Positions 31,420-41,822 of a stretch of 64,000 bases of DNA are shown here, piece after piece; position 1 is the first letter of the stretch, and each line of letters opens with the position of its first letter. This DNA comes from Candidatus Eiseniibacteriota bacterium (lineage in GTDB: Bacteria > Eisenbacteria > RBG-16-71-46), in the NCBI GenBank assembly GCA_963725865.1, contig CAVSAC010000014.1:1440001-1504000 (forward strand). The letters are read 5' to 3'. The notes under the pieces are model-generated. The model was not told where the DNA came from. It saw only the letters and a program-made list of their open reading frames with translations, and made no database searches. The translations under genes were made by a program, and so were the position numbers.

Positions 31420-32856
31420 CTACGCCGCCGCCTGCTTGAGCGCCTCGACGAGCCTGCCGATGGCGTTCTTGGCGTCGCCGAAGAACATGTACGTCTTCGG
31501 ATTGTAGTAGATCTCGTTGTCGATGCCGGCGAAGCCCGGCTTGAGGCTGCGCTTCACGACGATGATGTTCTGTGCCTTGTCGGCGTCGAGGATCGGCATA
31601 CCGTAGATCGGGCTGGTCTTGTCGTAGCGCGCCGCGGGATTCACGACGTCGTTCGCGCCGACCACCAGCGCCACGTCGCAGCGCTCGAACTCGGAGTTGA
31701 TCTGCTCGAGATCGTAGAGCTGCTCGTACGGCACGTTGGCCTCGGCCAGCAGCACGTTCATGTGACCGGGCATGCGGCCGGCGACCGGGTGCACGGCGTA
31801 CTTCACGTCGACGCCCTTCGCGGTCAGCATGTCGGCCAGCTCGCGCGTGACGTGCTGGGCCTGGGCGACCGCCATTCCGTAGCCGGGGATGATGATCAGC
31901 GACTGGATATTCGCCAGCAGCATCGCGAGATCGTCGGCCGAGATCTCGCGCGCCGTCTTCGGAGGCCCGCCGGCCGCCGCACCGCCGCCCGCCACCGCCA
32001 CCGGACCGGCGCCCACGCCCGCGAACAGCACGTTCGTGATCGACCGGTTCATCGCCTTGCACATGAGAAGCGTGAGCAGGGTGCCGGACGCGCCCACCAG
32101 GGTTCCGCTGATGATCAGCGCCGGCTGGCGGAGCGAGAAGCCGGTCGCCGCCACGGCGAGGCCGGTGAACGAGTTCAGCAGCGAGATCACGACCGGCATG
32201 TCCGCGCCGCCGATCGGGATCACCATCAGGATCGCGAACACGAGCGAGACCGCGAGCAGCACGTAGAACGCCGTGGTGCCGGCGCCCATGCCGATCCACA
32301 CGATCACGCCGATCAGGGCCAGGAAGATCAGCGCGTTGAGGATCCGCTGGAACGTCGAGGTGATCGCGCGCTCCATGAAGCCGCTGAGCTTGCCGAACGC
32401 GAGCAGCGAACCCCAGAACGACAGCGAGCCGATGACGCCGCCGAACAGCGTGGCGCCGAACCCGAGCGGATCGACCGGCAGCCCGTCGGCCTTCGCGGTC
32501 ATGAAGCTCGAGAACTCGACGGTCGAGATGAGCGCCGCCGCGCCGCCGCCGCATCCGTTGAGCAGCGCGACCATCTGCGGCATGTCGGTCATCGCCACAT
32601 AGCGCGCGCCGAGCGTCCCGGCGAGCCCGCCGACGACGATACCGACGATGATGAGCACGCCCGCGTTCGAACCTTCCTTCAGCACGCCGCCACCCCAGAT
32701 GAAGATGAACGACGCCACGATCGCGAACGCCATGCCGATCGCCGCGAGCTGGTTCCCGCGCCGCGCCTTCTTCGGGTGGCTGAGGAACTTGAGGCCGATG
32801 ATGAACAGGAACGCCGAGGTCAGATAGGCGATGTCGGAGAGGATCTTCGGGCTCAT
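31420..32856 (-). CDS. pntB: NAD(P) transhydrogenase beta subunit
   Basis: MTDMPQMVALLNG, IGGADMPVVIS, PGYGMAVAQAQH, HPVAGRMPGHMNVLLAEA. Confidence 0.96.
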   Translation of the reverse strand: MSPKILSDIAYLTSAFLFIIGLKFLSHPKKARRGNQLAAIGMAFAIVASFIFIWGGGVLKEGSNAGVLIIVGIVVGGLAGTLGARYVAMTDMPQMVALLNGCGGGAAALISTVEFSSFMTAKADGLPVDPLGFGATLFGGVIGSLSFWGSLLAFGKLSGFMERAITSTFQRILNALIFLALIGVIVWIGMGAGTTAFYVLLAVSLVFAILMVIPIGGADMPVVISLLNSFTGLAVAATGFSLRQPALIISGTLVGASGTLLTLLMCKAMNRSITNVLFAGVGAGPVAVAGGGAAAGGPPKTAREISADDLAMLLANIQSLIIIPGYGMAVAQAQHVTRELADMLTAKGVDVKYAVHPVAGRMPGHMNVLLAEANVPYEQLYDLEQINSEFERCDVALVVGANDVVNPAARYDKTSPIYGMPILDADKAQNIIVVKRSLKPGFAGIDNEIYYNPKTYMFFGDAKNAIGRLVEALKQAAA

Positions 32857-33161
32857 GCCTTCCTCCCCGCCGACTTCTTGGTCTTGAACATCTCGAGCAT
32901 GCGATCGGTCACGACGAACCCGCCGAACAGGTTCATGGCGCCCAGCACCACCGCCGCGAAGCCGAGCCACGTGAGCAGCGGCGTCTCGGCCTCGGCGAGC
33001 ACCAGCATGCCGCCGAGCATCACGATGCCGTGGATGGCGTTGGTGCCGGACATCAGCGGGGTGTGCAGCTGGACCGGCACCTTCGAGATCACTTCGAAGC
33101 CCACGAAGACCGCGAGCACGAAGATGTAGATGGAGTAGAGGATCAGGGTGCCTTCGTTCAT
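32853..33161 (-). CDS. pntAB: NAD(P) transhydrogenase alpha subunit part 2 (membrane)
   Basis: LHTPLMSGTNAIHG, GGFVVTDRML. Confidence 0.95.
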   Translation of the reverse strand: MNEGTLILYSIYIFVLAVFVGFEVISKVPVQLHTPLMSGTNAIHGIVMLGGMLVLAEAETPLLTWLGFAAVVLGAMNLFGGFVVTDRMLEMFKTKKSAGRKA

Positions 33162-34312
33162 GACGCCTTCCCCGCGACCGCCGGCTCCGGCGTCGCCGCA
33201 GCCGCCCGCGAAATGCAGGTGTCGCGAATGATGTCGTCCTCGAAATTGAGCTTGAGCTTGGCTTCCTTGTCGATCATCAGCTTGAGCAGTGCGTGCATGT
33301 TGCGCGAGTACATCTGGCTGGCGTGGAACGGCAGCGACCCGGCCGGGTTGATCGGGCCCATGATGGTGACGCCGTATTTCACGACGGTCTCGCCCGCCAC
33401 GGTCAGCTCGCAGTTGCCGCCCGTCTCCGCGGCGAGGTCGACGATCACCGAGCCCGGCCGCATCGACTTGACCATCGCCTCGGTCACCAGCACCGGCGCC
33501 TTCTTGCCCGGAATTGCGGCGGTCGTGATCACGACATCCGACTTGGCGACGTGGGTGGCCAGCAGCTCCTTGACGCGCTGCTGGTCCTCGGCCGACAGCT
33601 CCTTGGCGTAGCCGCCCGCGGCGACCACGTCCTTCTGCGCCAGCTCGAGCTGCACGAACTTGCCGCCGAGGCTCTCGACCTCCTCCTTCACAGCCGGTCG
33701 CACGTCGTACGCCGCGACGACGGCGCCCAGCTTGCGGCTCGTCGCCAGGGCCTCGAGGCCGGCGACGCCGGCGCCGAGCACGAACACGTTCGCGGGAGTG
33801 ATCGTGCCCGCCGCGGTCATCTTGAGCGGGAAGAACTTGCCCAGCGCGACCGCGCCCCAGAGCGCCGCCTTGTAGCCCGCCGCACCCGCCATGGACGACA
33901 GCGCGTCCATCGACTGCGCACGCGAAGTGCGCGGGATCATCTCCATGGAGAAAGCGGTGACGCGCCGCGCGGCCAGCTTCTGCACCGCGGGCGAGTCCTT
34001 GTCACGGCCGAGGAACGAGATGTAGACCGCTCCTTCGGGCACCAGGTCGGCCTCGTGCTTGCCCAGCCCGGGATTGTCCATCGGCTCGCGCACCTTCAGG
34101 ATCATGTCGCTGCCCTGATAGGTGGCCGGGGCGCTCGAAGCGATGGTCGCACCGGCCTGACGATAGGCGTCGTCGGGGAAGCCCGCGGCATCGCCGGCCC
34201 CGGTTTCCACGACGATTTCGAGCCCCGCCTTCGCGAGACGCGCGACGGTCTCGGGGACTAGGGCCACGCGGGTCTCGCGCGGCATGATCTCCTTCGGAAC
34301 ACCGATTCGCAT
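33158..34312 (-). CDS. pntAA: NAD(P) transhydrogenase alpha subunit part 1
   Basis: MRIGVPKE, RAQSMDALSS, GAGVAGL, GGYAKE, DLAAETGGNC. Confidence 0.95.
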   Translation of the reverse strand: MRIGVPKEIMPRETRVALVPETVARLAKAGLEIVVETGAGDAAGFPDDAYRQAGATIASSAPATYQGSDMILKVREPMDNPGLGKHEADLVPEGAVYISFLGRDKDSPAVQKLAARRVTAFSMEMIPRTSRAQSMDALSSMAGAAGYKAALWGAVALGKFFPLKMTAAGTITPANVFVLGAGVAGLEALATSRKLGAVVAAYDVRPAVKEEVESLGGKFVQLELAQKDVVAAGGYAKELSAEDQQRVKELLATHVAKSDVVITTAAIPGKKAPVLVTEAMVKSMRPGSVIVDLAAETGGNCELTVAGETVVKYGVTIMGPINPAGSLPFHASQMYSRNMHALLKLMIDKEAKLKLNFEDDIIRDTCISRAAAATPEPAVAGKAS

Positions 34313-34730
34313 GCGTCACACTCGTCGATTCGGGTTGAGGAACGTCTCTTGCAGGAAAAGCGGGGATGCTGACGGCCGCCATCTTGCACCACTCGTGCCG
34401 CGGACGGAAAGTGTGAGGAGCACGCGCGTGTGGTGTGGAGCGGCTCGGGTGGGGTGGTGTGAGGGAGCAGCGGCAGCAGCCTATCGCATGTCGCAAGGCC
34501 CATTTCCGCAGGGCCTGGGGGTGGTGGTGGCGAGGGTGGAGCACGCGCTCGCGATGGGATGGCCGATCGGGGGCCCCGCAGGTACCCAGGTGCTTCGGGG
34601 ACCCTCCTGCCTTTGTGTCAGTGATCCGCTCGGGTTGGCAGGTCGCTCGTCGCATCCGACGGGCATCTGCTAACGTCCGCGACCTCTCCGTGCGTACCCG
34701 AGCAGGCACTTTCGAGGAGGACCGGCAGCG

Positions 34731-35975
34731 ATGGCAGGCAGGGGCGACCGCATCCGCATGAAGCACCCGCTCGTCGAGATGGACGGCGACGAGATGACCC
34801 GCGTCATCTGGACGATGGTCAAGCAGCACCTGCTCGAGCCATTCGTCGAGTTGAACCTGGAACCGTACGACCTCTTCCTCCCGAACCGCGACGCCACCGA
34901 AGACGCGGTCACCGCGCGGGCCGCGGAGGCCATCAAGCGCCATCGCGTGGGCGTGAAGTGCGCCACCATCACCCCGGACGCCGCGCGGGTGAAGGAGTAC
35001 TCGCTCAAGAAGGCGTGGCCGAGCCCCAACGGCACCATCCGCGCGATCCTCGACGGTACCGTGTTCCGCAAGCCGATCGTGGTGAAGAACGTCCCGCCGA
35101 TGGTGCGCTCGTGGAAGAAGCCGATCACCATCGGCCGCCACGCCTACGGCGACGTGTACCGCGACGTCGAGCTCAAGGTGCCCGGTCCCGGGCACGTCGA
35201 GATGCGCTACATCCCGGCCGACGGCAGCCCGGGGCAGAGCGTGACGGTGTTCGACTTCGCCGGCCCCGGCGTCATCATGGGGCAGCACAACACCGACAAA
35301 TCGATCCGCTCGTTCGCGCGCGCCTGCATCGAGTACGCGCTGGCCGAGCGCATCGACATGTGGTTCGCGGCCAAGGACACGATCAGCAAGATCTACCACG
35401 CTCGCTTCAAGGAGGTCTTCCGCGAGGAGGTCGAGGCCCGCAAGGCCGACCTCGAGAAGGCCGGGATCACCTACCAGTACCTGCTGATCGACGACGCGGT
35501 CGCGCGCGTGATGCGCCACGAGGGCGGGTTCCTGTGGGCGTGCCGCAACTACGACGGCGACGTGATGAGCGACATGCTCGCTTCGGGCTACGGCAGCCTG
35601 GGGCTGATGACCTCGGTGCTGGTGTCGCCGGACGGCAACTTCGAGTACGAGGCCGCGCACGGCACCGTGCAGCGCCATTACTACCAGCACCAGAAGGGCG
35701 AGAAGACCTCGACCAACTCGACCGCGACCATCTTCGCGTGGTCGGGCGCGCTCGCGAAGCGCGGCGAGTTGGACGGCACGCCCGAGCTGACGCGGTTCGC
35801 CAAGCAGCTCGAGGCGGCGGTGATCGAGTCGATCGAGGCCGGCCAGGTCACGAAGGATCTGGCGCTGATCGCCGAGCCGAAGCCGGCGAACTGGCTCGAC
35901 ACCGAGGGTTTCATCACCGCGATCGCGGGGCGGTTGCGCGCTCGGGTCGCGGCCGAGGCCGCCGGCGCGCGCTGA
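34731..35975 (+). CDS. icd: NADP-dependent isocitrate dehydrogenase (type II)
   Basis: [38 protein letters not shown]. Confidence 0.96.
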   Translation: MAGRGDRIRMKHPLVEMDGDEMTRVIWTMVKQHLLEPFVELNLEPYDLFLPNRDATEDAVTARAAEAIKRHRVGVKCATITPDAARVKEYSLKKAWPSPNGTIRAILDGTVFRKPIVVKNVPPMVRSWKKPITIGRHAYGDVYRDVELKVPGPGHVEMRYIPADGSPGQSVTVFDFAGPGVIMGQHNTDKSIRSFARACIEYALAERIDMWFAAKDTISKIYHARFKEVFREEVEARKADLEKAGITYQYLLIDDAVARVMRHEGGFLWACRNYDGDVMSDMLASGYGSLGLMTSVLVSPDGNFEYEAAHGTVQRHYYQHQKGEKTSTNSTATIFAWSGALAKRGELDGTPELTRFAKQLEAAVIESIEAGQVTKDLALIAEPKPANWLDTEGFITAIAGRLRARVAAEAAGAR

Positions 35976-36038
35976 CGGGCCCCGCAGACCCGCGACCCCG
36001 GCGCGCGCTGCGCCGGAGTCGCGTCGTCGGATGCCGCC

Positions 36039-38069
36039 TCAGGGGTGGATGGTGACCACTCCGCCGTCCGCCTGGAGCGTGAGCGGCTTGGCGAGCGGCG
36101 GGGACTCCAGGTAGGTCCCGGCGCGGACGACCAGCGTGCTGCCCGCCGGCACGCGCGATTGACCCAGCGACACCGTGCGATATGAGCCCGTGAGAAAGAC
36201 ACAACTCGGCAGGCCGGCCTCGAACGGGCAGATGCTCCCCTGATCGACGTAGAACGCCGATCCGGGTGCGGCGATCTCGACCGCCACGCAGGCGTTGTAG
36301 AGATCGCTCTGGTCCGCGTCGTTCCAGCCCAGGTTGACGGCCGCCTGCACCAGCGCGTTGTAGAGCTGGGTCCAGCCCGAGGTGGAATTCAACAGGTTGG
36401 TCTGCGCCTCGTAGTAGAGCCGCTCGACCATGGTCTGGCCGAGGCCGCGGATGGACTGGCCGTTGAACGTGTCGCCGTCGGTCAGCAGGTAGCAAAGCTT
36501 GTTGTTGACGCCGCTGTTCGTGTGCACCCCGCCGTTGTCGCCGTTGCCGTTGTAGTAGTTGGGGCTGCCGAGCCGGTCCGGGTGCCCCTTCAGCGTCGGG
36601 TTGCTCATGCTGCGCAGGTAGCCGATGGAAAGGTCCTCGCCGATCTGCCAGCGCACGTTCGCGGCGTCGTTGCCGCGCGGGTCGACGAAATCGAGGAACT
36701 CGCCGAACACGTCGGAGAGGGACTCGTTGATCGCGCCCGACGCCTTCGAGTACACGAGCCCCGACTCGAATTGCGTGACGCCGTGCGTGAACTCGTGCGC
36801 GGTCGCGTCGTCGATCACGAAGCCCGCGCCGAACTGGAACTGCTTGGCGTTGTTCAGCCACTGCGCGTTGGGCCACGGGCACTGCGCGTTCACGCCCCGC
36901 GAGCAGATCCGCGCCACCGCGATGATCGGCAGGCCGAGCCCGTCGACGCCGTCACGACCGAAGTGGGTCTGATAGTACGCATAGGTCTCGCCCATGATGT
37001 CGTACGCCAGATCCACGTCGCCGATGCCGCTGGCGCTCTGCCCCTCCGTGCGGCGCACGATCGGCGCGTTCAGCGTGTCGCCGTTGGCGTCGTAGATCGT
37101 GCGGTTGAGCGCCGTCTCGGCGGTCACGAACTCCTGCGCCAGCACTCCCGTCTGGGCGTCGAGCATCCACTGGGCGTGCAGGTCGGCGAGGTCGCCCGCC
37201 TCGACCTCGGCGTACCAGACCAGCATCGGGGGCCCGGTCGTCTCCAGCGTGGCGGGGTCGAACAACATCAGCACCGGCGGGCCGACTACCGAGGTCGCTG
37301 GCGCGCCGCGCTGGACCGCGAGGCCCTGCATCAATCCCATCGCCTGCGCCGCCCCGATCACCGGCGTGAGGGGCACCCCGCCCGCATCGAGGATCGAGGT
37401 GTCCGTGATCAGATCGCTGACCACCGACTGCACGCCGTTGTCCGCGCCCATCTGCACTGTGGCCTCGGCGCCGAACATCGGGATGCGGGCATAGGTCTCG
37501 CGCACGATCACGAACACCCGGCCGCCGCGATCCTTGACCCGCAGCGCCTCGAAGTCGACCGCGGGGCTGTGGATCCCGAACAGCGCCGCGTTCGCGCGCA
37601 TGAAGTCCACCGCCGCGGCCCCTGCGTCCGGACCTCCGGGCGACGTCGGCCCCGGCCCGAACTCCTGACCGGCCGGCGCGCCGAGATAGCCCAGCGCTCC
37701 GGACGCGGTCCACGTGGTACGCAGCACCGGCGCCGCGCCGGTGGGTGCCGCGCCCGGCGCGGGACGCAGGCGCTCCATCAGTGGCGCGAGCGCCGCCGCG
37801 TCGCCGCGCGGAGCCGGCGGTCGCGCCGCCACGAGCGAAGGACGTGCGATCGCCGCCGCCGCGGCCTGGGCGCTCGATCCGTCCGCCGCGTGCGCCGGCT
37901 GCGCAGCCGCCGCGGTCGCGGGGGCGGCGGCATCCGCCGGCCACGGCGGCCGCGCGGCGGACGCGGGTGCCGGAGGTGGCGCCAGCGTCGGCTGCGGCGG
38001 AGCGGGCGCTGCGGCCGCGAGCGACGCGATCAGCAGGAGCGCTCCCGCGCTCGCGAGGGCGCGGGTCAC
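36039..38069 (-). CDS. Secreted M4 (thermolysin-family) metallopeptidase with propeptide and extra C-terminal domain
   Basis: HEFTH, GAINESLSD, GGVHTNSG; GTG start at 38069 overlapping upstream stop. Confidence 0.9.
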   Translation of the reverse strand: MTRALASAGALLLIASLAAAAPAPPQPTLAPPPAPASAARPPWPADAAAPATAAAAQPAHAADGSSAQAAAAAIARPSLVAARPPAPRGDAAALAPLMERLRPAPGAAPTGAAPVLRTTWTASGALGYLGAPAGQEFGPGPTSPGGPDAGAAAVDFMRANAALFGIHSPAVDFEALRVKDRGGRVFVIVRETYARIPMFGAEATVQMGADNGVQSVVSDLITDTSILDAGGVPLTPVIGAAQAMGLMQGLAVQRGAPATSVVGPPVLMLFDPATLETTGPPMLVWYAEVEAGDLADLHAQWMLDAQTGVLAQEFVTAETALNRTIYDANGDTLNAPIVRRTEGQSASGIGDVDLAYDIMGETYAYYQTHFGRDGVDGLGLPIIAVARICSRGVNAQCPWPNAQWLNNAKQFQFGAGFVIDDATAHEFTHGVTQFESGLVYSKASGAINESLSDVFGEFLDFVDPRGNDAANVRWQIGEDLSIGYLRSMSNPTLKGHPDRLGSPNYYNGNGDNGGVHTNSGVNNKLCYLLTDGDTFNGQSIRGLGQTMVERLYYEAQTNLLNSTSGWTQLYNALVQAAVNLGWNDADQSDLYNACVAVEIAAPGSAFYVDQGSICPFEAGLPSCVFLTGSYRTVSLGQSRVPAGSTLVVRAGTYLESPPLAKPLTLQADGGVVTIHP

Positions 38070-39630
38070 TGCAGGCTCACGAGCACCAGCACGAGTCCGG
38101 TGCCCGCCTCCAGCGTCGACATCGCCTTGCCGAGGATCGCGCCGCCCGCGCGGTCGCGGTCGAGCGCGCGCATCGCGTGGCCCGCGCGCGGCGAGGTGGT
38201 GAGCAGGTCGCCCGCGCGGATCGGAGCCGCGCTCGCGTCGCACTTCACCCACACGCGGCCGCTGAGCGCGAGGGGCACGGTGCGGGCCGGATCCGGCTGG
38301 TCGCCGAGCGTCACGCCCGCGCCCAGCGCGTTCGCGCCGCTGACCACGCCCGCCACGCGCGCGCAGTACGCCTCGCGGCAGACCTCGAGCCGGCCGGGCG
38401 CCGCGGCGTCGATCGCCATCACCGTGCCGGGCTCGGCGGCCGGAACGCACTCGAAGCGTTCGGCGAGGTCGGCGCCGCCGAGGATCTGGAGCGTGCGCAC
38501 CTGCGCGATGCCGTCCACGCGCAGCGAGGCGCCGCCGGGCGCGGTGTTGAAGAAGTAGCCGCCCCATCCCGACGGCTGCGTCGCGATGCCCACCACGCCG
38601 CTCTTGGCGTCGCCGTTCGAACGGCCCACCACGGCGTCGTTGCGTTCGCTGATGCCGAGCACCCCGAGCGCGTTCTGCGAGGAGTAGCCGAACACCGCCT
38701 GCGAGTTCGCATCGGTGGTCTCGTTGCGTCCGAGCACGCCGCTGCTGGCGGCGACCGAGGTCTGGCCGAACACGCCCGCGAAACCGGCGGCGCTGCTGGT
38801 GCCATACACGCCCCACGCCTCGCCGCTGGTGGCGTAGAGCGCGGTGCTGTGGAAGCTGCTCGCGTACACCCCGATGTCGTAGCTGCTGATGCCGTAGACG
38901 CCCTTGCCGGTGGTCGAAGTGCCGTACACGCCGTAGTTCGTGCCCTTGCCGCTCACGCCGTAGGGCCCCCCTTCGCCATAGACGCCGACCCACGCGCCGT
39001 CGCCCTCGACGCCGAAGCCGGTGGGGCTCTGGAGCGCTTTGCCCTGGACGCCGATCACGCTGCTGGCCGTGCCGGTGGCCTCGCCGAGGATCGCCGGCGC
39101 GGAGAGCCCGGTCGACGCGCTGCGTCCGGTGATCGCGGGAGAAGTGCCGGTGGTGGCGCCGTTCGCGATCGTGAACGAGCTGCCGCCCGGGCGTGGTGCT
39201 GCGCGCCGGTGAACGGCAGCGTGAGCCCGCCGCCGCCGCCGTTGAGCGCGAACTGCGCGTAGGGCGTCGCCGTCACCGGCTGGCGCGGCGCCAGCGTGGT
39301 GAATCCCAGATCGCCCGGGCCCTGCACCGCGATCTCGATCGAGCGCCCGTTGCCGTCGAATGCGCCCGAGCCGAAGTCGAGCGAGACGGTGAACAGTCCC
39401 ATCGAGACCGCGACGTTGTTGATGGTCTGGGTGACTCCGACCTGGACCGCCGGTGAGCCGTCGTTGAAGAGCTTGAACTGCAGGTTGTAGGTGCCGGTCG
39501 CCGGCGTGCCGTTCTTGAGCACCTGGCCCTGGTAGGTGAACGCGGTTCCCACGGGGGCGGCCAGCGCGTGGCTCGCGAGCAGCGCGCTCGCGAGGGTGAT
39601 CGTGCAGACGAGACGGGACGCGCGGATCAT
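38066..39630 (-). CDS. Secreted fibre/adhesin-like protein (TAFTYQG N-domain, Gly-rich GVYG repeats, C-terminal chaperone-like domain); frameshift near 39190-39205
   Basis: Signal peptide + APVGTAFTYQG in ORF 39055; GVYG repeats, GGADLAERF, PLALSGRVWVK, IRAGDLLTTS, ILGKAM in ORF 38066. Confidence 0.75.
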
Positions 39631-40193
39631 CGGGCACCTCCATCGGGACCGAGCAGGACGATCTTGGTCGTGGCGCTGGACTCGCCGGCTTCGACCTGGG
39701 TGAAGTACATGCCGGCCGGCACCCGGCGCTGGCCGGCGTCGCCGCCGTCCCAGCGCACGAGGTGGCGGCCCGCGGGCCGCGTGCCGTCGAGCAGCACGCG
39801 CACCAAATGGCCGGTGACGTCGAAGACCCGCACGCTCACGTGGCGCTCGGCGGGCAGGTCGAACGCGATGGTGGAGGCACCGGCGGCGGGATTGGGGAAC
39901 GGCGGGTAGAGCCGGAACGCGACCGGCACCGCATCCGGCAGCGCCGGCGCGTCGAGCGTGTGGACGCCCGTCACCCAGAAGCCGCCGCTGAGCGCGTACA
40001 CCCCGCCGGCCAGCCGGCCCGCGTCGGCCTGCGCGATGGTTCCACTCAGCGCGTAGGCGCCGGCGGAGCTGGAGCCCCCGCCGCCATCGAACGTGTTCCA
40101 GCTCAGGTCGTAGGGGCCGCCGCTCTGCGCGCGCACCGCGCCGGGGGCGACGAGCGCGAGGGCCGTCAGTAGAAGGAGGGGGCGGGTTCGCAT
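39627..40193 (-). CDS. Secreted protein: YDLSW..DGGG..GGFW domain plus C-terminal FlgD-Ig/T9SS-like sorting domain
   Basis: GGAGG RBS; PFPNP...VFDVTGHLVRVL...WDG...AGMYF...KIVLL. Confidence 0.8.
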   Translation of the reverse strand: MRTRPLLLLTALALVAPGAVRAQSGGPYDLSWNTFDGGGGSSSAGAYALSGTIAQADAGRLAGGVYALSGGFWVTGVHTLDAPALPDAVPVAFRLYPPFPNPAAGASTIAFDLPAERHVSVRVFDVTGHLVRVLLDGTRPAGRHLVRWDGGDAGQRRVPAGMYFTQVEAGESSATTKIVLLGPDGGAR

Positions 40194-40408
40194 GGAGCCT
40201 CCGGGGTCGTGGGGAAACCGAAGCGGCCACCCGGAGAAATGCCGCCCACGCCGCGAAGCGCACACGCGGTCCGCCAGGGTGGGCACTCGGCGCGCCCGGA
40301 GACGGACGGAGGCGGGGCGCTACCGCCCATCGCCGCGCCCCCGTCGATGACGGCGGCCCGGAAATCGCGTGGCGCTCGTCCGCTCAGCGTGCGACCATTC
40401 TCGCCGTC

Positions 40409-40813
40409 ATGGAACGTTCCTTCCCCCGGACCTTCGACGCGTTGGACGACCTGTTCGAGTTCGTGGACGCGGCACTCGCCGAGGCGGGCATCGAGCCCGA
40501 TCGGGCGCCTCACGTGGCCCTGTTGCTGGAGGAGTTGTTCACGAACCAGGTCAAGTACGCGCGCGACGGCCGCCACCCGATCCAGGTCGACCTGAGGCGG
40601 AAAGGTGAGCGGCTGGTGCTCGTTCTGAAGGATCCCGGCGTGAAGCCCTTCGAGCCGGACCTCGCCCCCGATCCGGGTATCGACCGACCCATCGGGGAGC
40701 GGCGCGCCGGCGGTCTGGGGCTCCATCTCGTCCGACGCATCGCCGAGGACCTGCGCGTCGAGCGCAGGGACGGCGACGCCGTCATCACTGCGACCATCGC
40801 CCTGGAGTACTGA
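40409..40813 (+). CDS. RsbW-like anti-sigma factor / serine kinase (HATPase_c)
   Basis: LEELFTN, LKDPG.PFEP, GGLGLHLVRR. Confidence 0.88.
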   Translation: MERSFPRTFDALDDLFEFVDAALAEAGIEPDRAPHVALLLEELFTNQVKYARDGRHPIQVDLRRKGERLVLVLKDPGVKPFEPDLAPDPGIDRPIGERRAGGLGLHLVRRIAEDLRVERRDGDAVITATIALEY

Positions 40814-41097
40814 TGCTCGACATCGAGGTGAAGGAGGACGGGCAGGTGCGGCTGGTGGGTCGGCTCGATGCCTCCCAGGCCGACCTTGCTCAGAAGGCGC
40901 TGGCCCGGCTGAAGGGTCCGCTGGTGCTCGACTGCGGCGCGCTCGACTACATCTCGAGCGCCGGCATCGGCGTTCTGGTCGAGACCTACAAGCGCATGGT
41001 GGGGGCGGGCTCGTCCCTGCGCATCATCCGGCTCACCCCCCGGGTCCGCAGTGTCCTCGCGCTCGCCAACCTGGACCGTGTGCTGACGCTGGAGTGA
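40813..41097 (+). CDS. STAS-domain anti-anti-sigma factor (RsbV-like)
   Basis: GRLD, LDCGALDYISSAGIGVL phospho-acceptor motif. Confidence 0.9.
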   Translation: MLDIEVKEDGQVRLVGRLDASQADLAQKALARLKGPLVLDCGALDYISSAGIGVLVETYKRMVGAGSSLRIIRLTPRVRSVLALANLDRVLTLE

Positions 41098-41248
41098 CGG
41101 CGGCACGGTCCGGGGTCCACCCCGGCCGCGACCGCCGCAAAAGTCCCTCGACATCACTCTCCACAGGCCTATCCTCGGCTCCGCGCGGGGCCCCTCCACG
41201 CCCCAAGCCCACGCCCCCCCGGCTGCGCAGGACCACGTCCATCCCCAT

Positions 41249-41276
41249 CCAACCTTTCTGGCGGGTCCCTGTACTT
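41249..41276 (+). promoter_or_regulatory. Putative ECF sigma promoter (CCAACCTT-N13-TGT) directly before the sigma ATG
   Basis: CCAACCTTTCTGGCGGGTCCCTGTACTT matches 42613-42640 with identical spacing. Confidence 0.65.
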
Positions 41277-41822
41277 ATGGACAAGGAGCAGGACGCAGCG
41301 CTGGTGCGGCGCACCCTCGACGGCGAGCGGAACGCGTTCGGCGAGCTGGTGCAGGCGTACCAGGGGGTGCTCTACAACGTGGCGCTCCGGATGGTGAACG
41401 AGCCCGAGGATGCCAAGGACCTGGTCCAGACCACGTTCCTCAAGGCGTATCGGGCGCTCGCCACCTTCGATCCGAGCCACCGGTTCTTCAGCTGGATCTA
41501 CCGGATCCTGCTGAACGAGACGCTCAACCTGCTCCAACGGAGGCGCCCCAGCGAGGAGGTCCGCGAGGACCTCGCCGACCCGGGGCCCACCCCCGAGGAC
41601 GCGTGTCAGAGTGAGCAGGTCGGGGCCATCGTGCGGAGCGCGCTCATGGAGCTGTCGCCGGGACATCGCGAGGTACTGGTGCTGAGGCACCTGCTGCGTC
41701 TGTCTCACCGGGACGCGAGCGAGGCGATCGGCATCCCCGAGCAGACCGTGAAGTCGCGCCTCCACGAGGCGCGTCGGGCGCTGGGTGCGGTGCTGCGCCG
41801 GCGCGGGATGGGCTTCGAATGA
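41277..41822 (+). CDS. ECF RNA polymerase sigma-70 factor
   Basis: DAKDLVQTTFLKAY, FFSWIYRI (region 2); LSPGHREVLVL...TVKSRLHEARR (region 4). Confidence 0.93.
   Translation: MDKEQDAALVRRTLDGERNAFGELVQAYQGVLYNVALRMVNEPEDAKDLVQTTFLKAYRALATFDPSHRFFSWIYRILLNETLNLLQRRRPSEEVREDLADPGPTPEDACQSEQVGAIVRSALMELSPGHREVLVLRHLLRLSHRDASEAIGIPEQTVKSRLHEARRALGAVLRRRGMGFE

Noticed and set aside
38066..39630. Prophage tail-fibre gene
   Set aside because: Has a Sec signal peptide and there are no other phage genes around
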